Below, in pieces: positions 50,275-62,867 of a DNA stretch of 64,000 nucleotides (position 1 is the first letter of the stretch; each line of letters opens with the position of its first letter). The notes beneath the pieces were generated by a model. The model ran no database searches and was not told the DNA's origin. It saw nothing but the letters and a program-made list of their open reading frames with translations. The translations under genes were made by a program, and so were the position numbers. This stretch comes from Fimbriosthenelais zetlandica (Eukaryota), in the NCBI GenBank assembly GCA_977030845.1, contig OZ365110.1, forward strand, positions 44,392,001-44,456,000, written 5' to 3'.

Positions 50275-50452
50275 CTGGAAATCCCATACCCCCGGCAGCT
50301 TCCACGGGTACTTGGGCATCCCCCGTCGGCAGATGAGGGTTGGTGTAGTCTCGGGATTTGTCATTGTTGTATTTCACGTTTAAACTGGGCAGTTTGGAAA
50401 AATCAATTCTCAACGTGCAGCATCCATTGTATATGTTCTTTCCGTTCAAAGA
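50275..50452 (-). CDS. PTBP: PTBP exon (RRM2 end)
   Basis: ttttccag|[45 protein letters not shown]...GFP G|gtaagc; highly diagnostic PTB segment. Confidence 0.96.
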
Positions 50453-51499
50453 CTGGAAAAGGAAGTAAAAGGTTCATTAGCATCAAAACATCCGTAAATA
50501 ATTTCCAATATGCATGAAACATAAGATAGATATGCTCTCCTATAAAAACGGTTCCCCATTTTATTTTAATCTTAAAACCTACTTTTCATTATTATTTATT
50601 CCAGATGAATCCCCACCTCCTATGACAAACTCAAATCCAGGTAATTAACACAACTGATATCCGGAAACACTCTGACACACCCAAAATGCTTCTTGCATAA
50701 CAGAGTCAGGTGATATAATTTAAAACCATAACTGTAACATGATAATTAAATAAGCCAGGGCGTGTCAGTCATGCGCTGGTCTTTGCTGAGGTGGTCCCGA
50801 AAGAAACTGACACGTGTAATATTTAAACAAGTACACCTGTTGAATTGGGGCAGGTGAAAGGTCACGTATGTTATTTTATACCTCTTCTTTAAAAAAACCC
50901 CAGAAAAACATGCGTGCGTGACCCCATTTCCATGAAATTGGTCTATTTCTATCCCTGGTGATTGGGAATGAATTTATAAAACTATTTACGGAAAGTCCAT
51001 TAAAATTTCTTACCTCCCTGACCGGAAATAAGTCAAGTTAATAGTTAGAATGACTTAAACTACTGTTCTAATTCAATTTCAAAGAACACCAAAACTCAAT
51101 CCTCCCAGCTCGGAGCTTGGTTTATTTGCCGTTCCTCTGAATCAGACTTTTCAAATTAATATTAAGTGTAATCATTCAGGGACTTTTCATGGAAGCAATG
51201 ACAGAACCATTAATATTTTTAAGCACTTGAACTTGGCTGCAGCCAGACCGTGCATCCCCATTAAGGATCCAATTAATAAGAAGCCGAACATCCACACCAA
51301 ATATTCCATTTTAGAAACAAAGTAATGCATGCCAACAGGAATTTCATGTGTTAACATGGTACTGAACCTAGACGATGCATGTTCTATGTGCATATCAATA
51401 TTACCTAGTATAGCATACACTGGAGACCTTCCCCCAACATTAATAGGCCACCCTGACTAATATGAGCCTAGCCAGCCTACCCTTAGATTGACAGGGGTG

Positions 51500-54300
51500 T
51501 CAAGCTAGACCGGTAATTGTCAAACTCTTTTATGTGTCAATCACCATCTCCAGAGAAAGGTTGGTTCCGGAGCCCCCCGCTTTGCAGAGCACCAGGCAGC
51601 TGGCTTTGAGAGGCGATGCCAATAGAGCCATAGGATCAAAGATAGGCTGACAAGGGTATAAATATGATTTAACTTCCCAGCCTCTTTTCTTGAGGGGAGA
51701 ATCTGTAAAGGCCAAAGCTGGCCTGTATGAGGCAACCTGTGCGAGGAGGAGGAGAAGGAGGCAGGAGGCCTCCTCCATTTACAGCTCTGTCACTTTGTCA
51801 TAAGATGAGGTTTGGAGGCCGCGAGATGATGGAGGTAGACAGGTGGATGTTGATGGCAAATACACTCCCCTTACAACTATTTGTGAGTTGACAGTGGGAT
51901 ATGAGATAAATGGCATAAATCCTCCACATAAAGGAGCCAGAGATGATATGAGCACTCAAGAGTAGCCACACCAATGTCTGCATGGAAGTATTAATACATT
52001 ATTTTATTAATGTATTCCCTTATATGGCTGAACATATGAGGTGAGCAGCTCAGCCTAGCCCCTTAGTCATGTTCGCCAAGTGAGCAGCATTAATTAGTCA
52101 AAGGGGAAATGCTCTCTTCTCAATCACTCAAAGAGAGGGACACAAATAAGGTATATATAGTCTTTATGCCAGGAGATAATATACAGCCCTGAGATTTTAC
52201 ATCAGCCTTTCCAAAAATTAGTTAATCTGCAAAAGCAGGATAAAGTGGCTAACACTTTTTATGTCTATGTTTCAAAGACATTGTCTTTATGTTTATTGGA
52301 GGCATAGATGATGAGCTCCGATTCACGTTTCATCTTTTATCCACTGCTTGTGGAACTCGATTATGATCCAGCAACGAGCAATTAACAACAAATGCAACAT
52401 TAAAGGCGTATCGGTGCTAAAAACACTGTATGGCTTCCACTGGGGGAGGCGGTGCGGAGTCCTTTGGTGAGGTTTGATGATCGAAGTATACAGTAAAGCA
52501 GCTGAAGGGAGCGAGTTAAAGGGGTCAGTGAGGTTCCAGGCACAGAGACGGAGAGACAGCAACAAAAAACGGGCAGCATGGCTACACTGTGTTATTACGC
52601 TTGCAATTGAAGGGGGCGGTTAATGTGGCTTCGCTCAATAGCAGGCTGCCCAACGAGGTGAATAATTCATAGGTGGCAGTAATGTTCCATGCATCAGCAG
52701 GCAATACCAACAGGCACATGCCCGCCACCACCCATGCTCAACCTGCCCAATATAGCACTACAACGACATCTGTTGGCTGCCGGAAGTGCCCCCCTAACGC
52801 CCATGTGACAGTGCCGCCAGCGCCCCGTGTTGGTGACATTGGCGTATTGATCTGTTATAGTGGTAGGACCAGGGGGCTGGGCGGTATAACCAGACAGTGA
52901 GGAGCTTGTCACAGTTAGTTCCTGCCAGCTAGTTTTTGTCTCTGTCTGCCTGTCTTGCACCATGACAATATCAAAGAAAGGTGGTCACAGTAGACCCTTG
53001 TGCACCACCACTAAAGCCGGCTCAGGCCTCAGAGCATCCGGAGACCACCAGGCTAATCTTCCAAGGTCCCTTCCCTGGCAGCACTTGCCTTTACCACAAA
53101 CCCATCATGCCATCTTTTGTTGGCTCACCGCCCAGAGCCAGATTCCATTTACGACATTTCAGTTAGTCGCAAAATACCAGTGTTTGATGCCTCAAATCAC
53201 CAATCAAGTCATCCTTCATAATGCTGGAGAATGCAATGCCAGCGGCTCCAACAGGCACTGATGGAGACATTTTGCGTGCTTACAAACATTTAATGCTGGC
53301 AGGTGTTTTACCAGTGAAATGACCCAGATTAAATCTCAGCCAGAGACAAATATTTCCCTGTGCCAACATCATGCAGAGATCCTGGAAGAAGGCTCCAGAA
53401 GGAGAGGCGACAAGCTCTGCTTAATACCTAGCTCCAAGAAACTTGTTAGGTTAGGTACATTGGTGGGACAATTGGTAACCATTGACAGTCAAGCTTGGTC
53501 AGATTCCAAACAGCAAAGATTAGCACCTGTAAATGGAAGCTCCTATTTAAGGAGCAGCCCATGACAACTGACAAATGACACTGGTAGCCGCCAGTGGATG
53601 ACTGCCTTAGAGGATGACAGATATTTTCTGACAGCTCCCAAGATTGGATCCTCGCCAAAGAGACAAGCTTCCTTTTGTAGATACAAGGCTTTGGTCATCT
53701 TGAGATGGAGAATGAGGAGGTAGAATTATGACAGGCGTGGGAGACAGCTCATTATCTTGATCTAAGTTAGTCTTCCTTTCTGCTGCACTAAAAGAAACAT
53801 CATCCAGCAGCCCCACTACTCTGATCCAGAATCACATAGAAAGCCAGCAAAACCCACCATGATGCCAGATTGTAATGCATACCCATTGACAAAACAACCT
53901 TTTCAATCCTGACATTGAAGCTATGGTGACTTTTCAAGTCGCTGCTCTGGGCCATCTGCTCGGATGAAGTAATCATTTTATCGTGCCTGAATGTCTGGTA
54001 GTATTACGTTCGGGGTAGGGCAACAGGACTTAAGGTGTGGAGGTGGAAGGACCTTGTCTTTTTCCATTATGGGGTTCAACCCAGGCAGGCGGAGACCCGG
54101 GGAAGCACTGTCCTCATCAATACGACAGCGACGGAAACGCTGGTACCTAACCATATCAATATTCACTATCTAGAACCAAGGCTTCCCATGATACTTTATC
54201 ACTTGTCAAGTCCACCCAGCCTTTGCTAGTTCCTTTGTTTACAGCCGGGAGTAAAAGCTTATCATTTGGGGGTACATCCATTTCCAAGTGTGTTACGCTG
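51500..54300 (-). mobile_element. Possible decayed LINE relic in a PTBP intron
   Basis: More GC-rich, coding-like stretch with faint RT-like remnants (WNLTDPFNSL near 52530 loosely resembles FxDLxKAFD; PQGS after a frameshift near 52440); many stops. Confidence 0.3.
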
Positions 54301-54593
54301 ATAATTCTTATCTCGTCGAGATACTAGCACTTTTTGTTGCGGAGGAAGAGAGAAAGTCATTTTCCATCACTGGTGGTAGCTTTCCTTTCTCCGTTGAGAG
54401 TCTCCTCACAGGAGACAGAAAGCAATCTCCATATCATCACAGTTATCCATATGGATGAGACACAAACACCTCCAAGCCAACTAACCACTACTTCACCCAC
54501 CCACTATACCCACACATACACCACCCCTACCCAACCCTCATCATCCACCCCCATACAATAATGGTGGAGACAAATGACAAACGTAATGCTTAC

Positions 54594-54652
54594 CACTCGA
54601 GCTGTTTGTGCAGCAATCGGATCCGAGAACTGGATGAGTGCTTGGAATGTGT
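54594..54652 (-). CDS. PTBP: PTBP exon (RRM2)
   Basis: tttttcag|(N)TFQALIQFSDPIAAQTARV|gtaagc. Confidence 0.93.
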
Positions 54653-56310
54653 CTGAAAAACAGGAAAAAGAGAAATGGGTGAAATGGGATCGACTTAGAC
54701 TGTAGCTAATGGGAGAAGCAAAGAGACTGAAAGCTGAAATGAAGAAACAAGAGTGAGGGACCAGTAAAAGTGGTATACATACACAAGAGTGGTAGAGCCA
54801 CTTCATATTCTCCCCCCATCCTCAACCCCTAGGGACTGAGCTACCCATCTTCCTCTTATTCCCCTCCAACAATAAACCCCTTCACCGGAACATGTAATGC
54901 CAGCATATATCCAGTTGCTCTGTGAAAGAGACATCGCCTCTCTTTTTCCCCGCTTACCTACTGCTACATGCTCTTCAGCGCTGGGGAAATCATTGAGAAA
55001 GGCAGTTGTTGATGGGCGATGCGGTACAAGTCTATGCCTTGAATACAGATCAGGATCGATCATATGATGATCTATTACGGGCGTCTACAAGATTTCTGGT
55101 AAATGGAGAAAAATGGACCATTGAGAAGGACGGACGTTAGTCGCGCTTCCCCAATTTGCCTATTGCTGGCACCAAATCATTGCTGGCAGTTGTGATTGAG
55201 AGATCCCCCTAGTTGAGGGGACTGGCAGCCTATATTGCCGTTCCCTTTGGTAATCGAATGGATCAAAATGCATGAGCACGTTACGTAAGCAGGAGATCTC
55301 GTGTCCCAGTGGACAGCATGCATGAGTAGGCTGCATTTATTGCAAGGGGAACCAGGCAATGCATTACGATCCTTCCCATGCATCCCAGATAAGCGTTTAA
55401 TAGAGGTTTTGTGTTTTGACTGAACTATGGCGTGTTTATGGTCGCAGGGAGGTTTAAATTACATTATAAAGAGCAAGATTTGAACAGTAATTTTAAGAGA
55501 AGGAAGAGGAGGATCTATATTGTATTGGTGGGCCAGTTCCTATACTAAAGGCAATGCCTGGGTAGGGGAGAATTAGAGCAGTGGATATCAAAATGATCAT
55601 ATCTAATCGATCTGTCTGTGTGGACATGAAATGTCAAATGTCCTGAATCGAGCCGAATGAAGAGGCATAATTGGCTTTATTCCTGATGGGGACTTGTCTC
55701 AACAGCTTTGTTTCTTGGGATAATTTGAGCCGGTGATGCAAGATGAGCTGGCGTCGGGCGCTGACACGGACATGTCTATAAAAATGTCCACACTAAAGAA
55801 CGTGATCCTATTAGCCTCATTTGGCGGGCAGATATTTTCCATTCCGAAATTTCAAAGAGCACCTTTGGTGGTTAAAGGTCATGATGCCAGTGAAAACTGG
55901 GAGATGATAGGAGTAATCAGTATCAAGGTTTTACTACTATCACTTAGCCTGCCTTTCGGCTGCCGTTACATCAAGGCAGACGACATTTCAACTCCCAGCA
56001 TTTTCCCTCTCCCAATCTCTCTTTCTCTGTGCCAGCCAGTGTCAGAGGAACTGACACTGGCTGGTTTTCATTGGACAAATATTAGTGGGAGATCATGGAG
56101 GCTTTTGTTTCTGAAATCAGAGGGTTGTGATCCTTGTATTACCTTCATGATGGCTTCAATGCTATTATTATAGCTCAGTACAATAGTTTCCACACTGCCC
56201 CAGGTGCTTGATTAATGGGTGATAAAGAAGCATCAGTAAAAATGGCCAAAAGGTCATAAGGTTTTTGCTCAGTTTAATGAGAAAGGGGGAAACTAGAAAG
56301 AAATACTCAC

Positions 56311-56362
56311 TGTTTTTGTTGAATGTGACTATCTTTTCCACTTGTCCGTATCTTGAGAAGAG
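56311..56362 (-). CDS. PTBP: PTBP exon (RRM2)
   Basis: ttttccag|LFSRYGQVEKIVTFNKN A|gtgagt. Confidence 0.93.
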
Positions 56363-56459
56363 CTGGAAAAAAGAAAGAGCAGTCAGTACCTTAAATTTCA
56401 AATGCATGCACATATTACAAAATCTCTACATTGAAAGGTGACATTTACTCTAAAACTAC

Positions 56460-57900
56460 CTTTTTATCTGCACTGCCAGTAATAAAGGTAACAAATGGTG
56501 ACAGACACTCCTGTATTCACCAACTTATATTGGAGGGATATTAAATTTGGCCGCGGTGCAGGCAAGAATGCTGTTGCCCTGATGGGAACACGAACCCATA
56601 ACAGGCAAGCGATAATGGACTCTAACCCGAGGCTGAACTGCAAAGGCTGTGTCCCAGCCAGGGTCAGTAAAGGGAGAGCGAGACACACACACCCCCAGAC
56701 CAGCCATTTCCATTCCCTTTCTTCCCGTAGCCTTTAAAAATGATCAGAGGAGAGGAAGATGGGAGAGAAGGAAGGAAGGGAGGGTAATCTCCCACCGCCT
56801 CCTTATCCAACTCACCCAATCACGGCAGGGCTTGGCAGCGTACAATGCTCAGGTAATAACCTGCAGCTTTGTACCTACCAGACCTTTTTCACCCTGACAT
56901 ATTGGATCCAAGGCCGGAGCTCAGCACCATCTTTATCTGGTTCTGACAAGGGATATCCTTCCCCCGGCACCCCCAACCCCCACACCACCCACCACCCTCC
57001 CACCTCATCCCCCAGTCAGCGTGTGAAGAGGTGGGAAGAAGCTGGCAGTGATGGCGACCGCCTGTTGCTGCACCTGGTGATAACTACCCTTTTACAATAC
57101 TACTTCTCCATGTCTTCTCACATTTAGCCAATACGAGCCAAATGGCTTTCATCCTAGACGGCATTAAGGTCCGTCCTTCAAGCCAGATTATCACTTCCTT
57201 TCCCGCTCTCTCTATTCAGTTAACTACTATTATAGGCTGGCTATGTCTAGATGAGAAGGGGACATCTAAATAGGCATATTTTCTTTCAAAGGGCATAGAG
57301 GGACTTTCTTTCCAGAATACTAAAATGAGGGCACAGTTTCCTCTAACCTGAGGAGATAATATCCTTGTGTGAACAGAGGAAGTGTTACACTTCATGAAGA
57401 AGGTGCATACTCCTGATGAAAAACACCAACAAAGGTTTACTTTCAGGGCCTTTGTAAATCAATATAGAGACACTTCAGAACCGAACAGCACAAAGTGTTC
57501 AAAGGCGAGCAAGTTTCTGTGGATTTCTTAAATGGTTTGTTTAGAAAGAGTCGGTAATGAAGCAGCATTGTCAGCTGTCCCACTTTTGCTTCTCTTTACA
57601 TAATTCCTTTGGGTTCAATGCCAGCTTATTTCGGGTCACGAAGACTGATAAGAAAACAATGCCTTACAATCATTCCATGATGCACCACGCCAGAGGGAAA
57701 AAGGTTTCCTTGGCAACCAAACATCAGTGGCTGGCTCCAGAAGTGGGAGGTTCATCATCATGTAGCCAGGCATACATGCGATCTTTTTCTATGCATCGTT
57801 TCAGAGAGAAACATGATGGGCAGATCAGGGCTGCTGACACACCATAGAAAGAATGCTTGTTAGAAGCTGCAGGATCTACGACTAGAACATGCATGCGCAG
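56460..57900 (+). mobile_element. Possible decayed DIRS-type (tyrosine recombinase) retrotransposon relic
   Basis: Ordered faint remnants: RNase H-like KNAVALMGTRTH (cf. DNxTAVAYINxQGGT), YPSP (cf. YAFPP), integrase-like GKKVSLATKHQWL (cf. GxPVSKQTLSRW). Heavily disrupted. Confidence 0.3.
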
Positions 57901-59855
57901 GCGCTGCTCTAACCTTACACTTCCGCTCAGCGGAAGTACTTTCTGGGCTAGAGAGCGGCGTTTACGTCACATGGTTTAAGGTAACTGGTTATCTCGCCGG
58001 GGTGGCGACCTCTAACAGAGGGTGCTCGTTATACTGTCAGACCACACCAGGGGGCGTTGATGGACTACTGAGAAAACAATCATTTTCAAGTAAGAGCTCG
58101 AACTACATGCTACTTCTTAATCCTCTCCCTACGTGCTTTGGTCTGGGGGAAAAACTCGACCCAGAGCAGCATGATGAATTACAGTATGTAAGGTTAAACT
58201 GGGGGATGTATGGAGAAAAAGGGGGAGGAGGAAGGAGAAGGAGTGGGGGTAAGGATTACTGGCAATAGATCCAAACACATTAACCTTTGTCTCACCAGAG
58301 CGCATGTAAAATCTCCCCAAGGTGAGACCTGATTCTCGGGGGCTCTGGAGGAAATAGGAACCAGGAAGGAGAGGGGAAGGTCGGGTAAGATTATAAGGGG
58401 GAGGGGGGAGGGGGGGAGAGAGGAGATACGTGTCACCTTGACGGGCCACGCTCGCTGGTGAATGCACCAGGTGGGTGGTATAGGGAGGAGAGCCATCAAG
58501 ATGGATAAATCACCTACAATCACCTGGTGCGGTCACTTTCCTTACCAACAGTACGACTGGTATGCCCCGATCCTATTACCTTTCTACACAACACGCCACC
58601 CACCATACGGGAAAACTTACCGCCTATAACTACCGTACTCCTCCTTTTAGAGAAACAGGTCCATGGAGGCTGGGTCAGATTCACAGGTGCAAAAACTGAC
58701 GACCTCAGCGAAATTATTGTGTCCGAAACTTGAGGACAGGAGTGAGAGGATTATGTCTGCACTTTTAAAGCTGTGACTTTCACCATCCACAGGGATGGAA
58801 GTTATTTTTTTGGGGACCCAGACATTACGATCCATCAACCATGGTATGTTGAGTAGCTTTCTTTTCCCAATCAGTGTTTGTAGTGGGGTTCTTGATTGTA
58901 TCAACAACAATCAGAACAGGGGCAAAATCCCGTTTACAGTGGGCCACCATTTTGGGACATCTTTTCCATCTGAGCGCCATCTTTTATGCATGCACTCATG
59001 ATGCACCAAATCACCATTCCACTACGAGCAGTCACCTCAATTAGCTACTGCCATCTCCTAATCCCCCATGGGCGTGATAATCCACCATGTTCTCTTTTAG
59101 TGCGGCTGTGGATAAGGGGCCGGAGCAGGGGAGTGGAAATACCCAAAGTCTTCCTCTGATAAGCAAGAGCCTTTAATACAAAGACAAATTCAATGCCTCC
59201 GAGACCCATGACTGCCGACAAGCAATGCTCTCCTTTCAAGAGAGCTGCTTCTCCACTCTCCACCGACATGGCCCGAGTGGCTTGCCCCGGCCATGTATTG
59301 AACCTGTTGCTCGCTGCTTTCAAGCCAACCTGCCATCAACGATTGGCAGCTGTCAATTTTGGGGAGTGTGGAAGCTGGTAGTATTGTTTAGGAGAGGTCT
59401 TGTGTCTTAGTGCTGTGGGTCCTGTCAGTCAGACTGAGGTAATGACTGAGTACCATTGAGGGAATGTCAGCCTGATGGCCGTGTGAATCATCAGGCTGAG
59501 CTGCTCCCAGGCTAACACAATACTCATGATTCACACAAGTAAACACAATCCTCCACTATTCCTCCCCTGTGCCAACTTAGAGAGGGCCAATAACATCCAT
59601 GCATTTGTGTCGGCCACCAATTGTTACCTGTTGGCAGAGCTCATAAAATATAGTCTATCCTAGAACAAGATATATACAACTAGGCTTCGGTTTATACTTC
59701 TGAGATAATATTTTACTCAGAGATGCAATAAATGATGTTACCATGTTAGATAATTCAAGCATTCATCTGCATTCAATGTGTATCAAAACCTATGAATTAC
59801 TGGTTATTTTTGTTGATTGTAACTATGGGTTTTTGCTGGGGTAGAGAAATCTTAC

Positions 59856-59990
59856 CTGTTTTAGTACATCTATGGTGACTGGGTAGAGCATGTGTTCTAT
59901 GATAACCCTCAAGACTGACTTAGGTTCGTCAGAGCTGGTCATTAGCTGCTGAGCTGCCTGCAGTGCTGCCTGCGCACCCGCATTCTGGAA
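59856..59990 (-). CDS. PTBP: PTBP exon (RRM1-RRM2 linker and RRM2 start)
   Basis: gattacag|FQNAGAQAALQAAQQLMTSSDEPKSVLRVIIEHMLYPVTIDVLKQ|gtaaga. Confidence 0.93.
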
Positions 59991-62726
59991 CTGTAATCAA
60001 AAGAGGACATTAATGAACGAAGAATACTTATTGCAGTCAATACTGCAAGGGCGTCTGAAAGTAAAACAATTAGTATATATTTTTAATTGTCTGTATCCGA
60101 ATAAATTCTATATAATTTTGAAATTTGTACAGACATGATAGTCAAGCTTATGAATACATTTAATTTACAGAATTAATTCACTAAAGGATGTTACATATCA
60201 CCAGGGTGGCAAACAAGACTTGATGTGAGAGGCGAATTCTTTCATCAAGTCAAGTTTAAAAAGCATAAAAAGTGGATATCTCGTCTCAGATCTCTCGTCT
60301 CGCATCTCTTTTCTCACACCGATCCCTCTGATAAATTTTCTAATTTGTGTAACATGAAAGGGATCTGTATTGACATGACTGAAGAGGAAAACCCAGTCCC
60401 AGAAGAAGCATCCCTACTTGAATATTCAAAAGGAATTCCTTGCCTGACTGTAAACATTAAAAGGGGAAGGCTAAAAGACTTCTGCCAAACGTGAGAGGAT
60501 CTGACATTGTGGGACTCCTGCACCTTGCGTTACCATGGGTTTATGTGTACATGACGAACGCTTGTCAGACGAGGGGGGGATCTGGTAAGAAACCAGTGTT
60601 CCCATAGGTGAAGTCCGCCTTGGTACTAATTAGCCATAGCTTATTGTGAGTGGGCATACATGAAGGCCACTTATTATAGTGAGAGGGGAAGGAGTAGGGT
60701 GCACAGCTTCATCTAGCGTAATTAGAATAGTATGCCATCTATGACTCGCCTGTATTCAGGCTTTCCCAAGGCAGGAGGCTTTGTGCTCAGTATTAAAGAC
60801 AGTGCTCAGGGGGGCCTTCTCATTTCAGGCTCAGCTAGCCCTTTGGTTTCGTGCAACTCTGCCTCAAATTAGGTTAGTGGTATCACTTTAATAAGCCCAC
60901 ATGGCAGGAAGCATTGCTGAAGGCCAATACCAAGCGCTTCGGGTAAGGGTATTGCCTATTGGTGGTAAGAGGCGCTTTTATATGTCATCACATAATCTTG
61001 ATGGAAGCTCCTTAAAACATAGAAGCTAGTATGTTTCCAAGACTTCAAAGGTCGAGAAAGAGAACGGGAATATGAATGAATTGTGTTCAGTGGGAGCATA
61101 ATCCATCAGTAGATTTATTCTCATTTTTATATTAACCCATTGATCATATTACTAGGCTTTGGATCAGTGAGTTTCTAAAGAATTATATGGACTATATTCT
61201 AAGTAAAAAACTTCTGAGAAACTTCCACTCTTCAATTCCATTACATATCAGACCAGGATTACTGGTCCGCATATATATCAGAGACAGAATCAGATGGGAA
61301 AGCAATATGCCACCGATCCTTCATTTTCCAACTCGCCTTCCATCAATGATGTCCATTTCTCCCAATCTTCCTAGCAAATACCCTGCCACAAAGGTCCCCG
61401 TCAGAGAGGATCTCACACGGTTGAACACTCCATTGCCCTTCCCAAGTGGTCTAAGAGAGAAAGGATAGGCCCAGTAAATGACACTTGGATCTCCCCCGCT
61501 GAACTCTTGATGTATGTACACAGACACTGGTGATTCTTCTCGGTCAAGTGATGCCATGGAAGTCCAGTGATCTAGGAGGGAGTTGGTTTAAAACTCAGGG
61601 GCTATCTGTCTGTATGCCAATCCGACTGTGGGCCAAGTCCGTTTACTCACTGCACTAGGTGGCTAATGAAACGGAAAGACTGCGTACACTGAGTGACTCG
61701 GGGGCCTGCTAAGGTCAACTGAGCGGCTCCTCACGTTGAAAAGACGGGTAAACTCACACCGACAGAAGCTATAGATTATTTATACTAATTGTGCCATCCA
61801 CTGTCCCCCGTGCACAACCGCCTAAGAGGAAAGTCTCCATTCTATTTAGACTCTTAAAGCAGAGTTAATGTAAGAATTGGTTATTTACAACCTCTTTCGT
61901 ATAAAGGCCAATGCTTTTCTCAAGGGTTGTCCTTCTCGGGACAATTTCATTAGAAAGACTCCCCTGCTATACTACAGGGTCATTGTTCACGCGTTGATGT
62001 GGATTAAACAAACAATAGGCTGATGAGCAGGCCCCAATGGTAATTACCTGACTAACATATGTGTCTCAAACGCCTTTATCTTTCTAATTTTGTTCTTTCA
62101 TGAAAAACAACAACTAAGGCACAAATGAGAAGGGACATGGAAAAGAATTTAGCGTGCCACCACGTCAACGGAAACTTTGAACGTGATCACTGGGTCAATA
62201 TGGTCAATATAAACAACCAAATACAAACTTAGATTTCATGGACACTGCATATTCTTCTTAGTTATTCGACGCAATTAGCTCTGCTTCTCATAAAGCAGAG
62301 CTAATAAAAAGGAAGGGGGAGTCACAAAAACCATTTGAAAAAGACTGATTACTTTGCTTTCACAAATGTGCCACAATCATCAACATCCATGTAGACTTCC
62401 AATTTATCCACAAATCCATTTTAGAGCAAAAATATGAAAACACCGACATATATTGTAATGAATTATTCAATACATGATATTTACTCAACAAATAATAGCT
62501 ATGTCTATTTCTACTAATTAAACCAAACGACATGTGAAAACATACAAAGATATGAAAGTGGTGTATTAATATATCCTTGTATGAGTTCACCTGACGAGTA
62601 ACAACATCTACGTATTTAGTCTAACAAGTAGAACCATGTGTGAGTATGGCTTTACTTGATGGACTGAGTTAGTAACTAGTCTATTAGTAAGAGAAGAGAA
62701 GGAAAATGTGACCGGACCTCGCTTAC

Positions 62727-62867
62727 CTGGCTGGAGGACTCGATTTTGAGCTGCTCGTGGTTGGAGAACTGGACATAGACCGTGCGGCCCCGGAGCTCAG
62801 GAGGATGGTTCGTGTAGTAATTGACCATTGTTGTGGCAGATTGAATATCGCCCATTTCTAATAAGGC
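62727..62867 (-). CDS. PTBP: PTBP exon (RRM1 end); the most 5' exon in the window, gene continues beyond 64000
   Basis: cttttccag|ALLEMGDIQSATTMVNYYTNHPPELRGRTVYVQFSNHEQLKIESSSQ|gtaagc. Confidence 0.95.

Noticed and set aside
55733-56173. 146-aa plus-strand ORF with LPFG and ADD words
   Set aside because: The motif spacing is wrong for an RT domain; antisense intronic with no further support.
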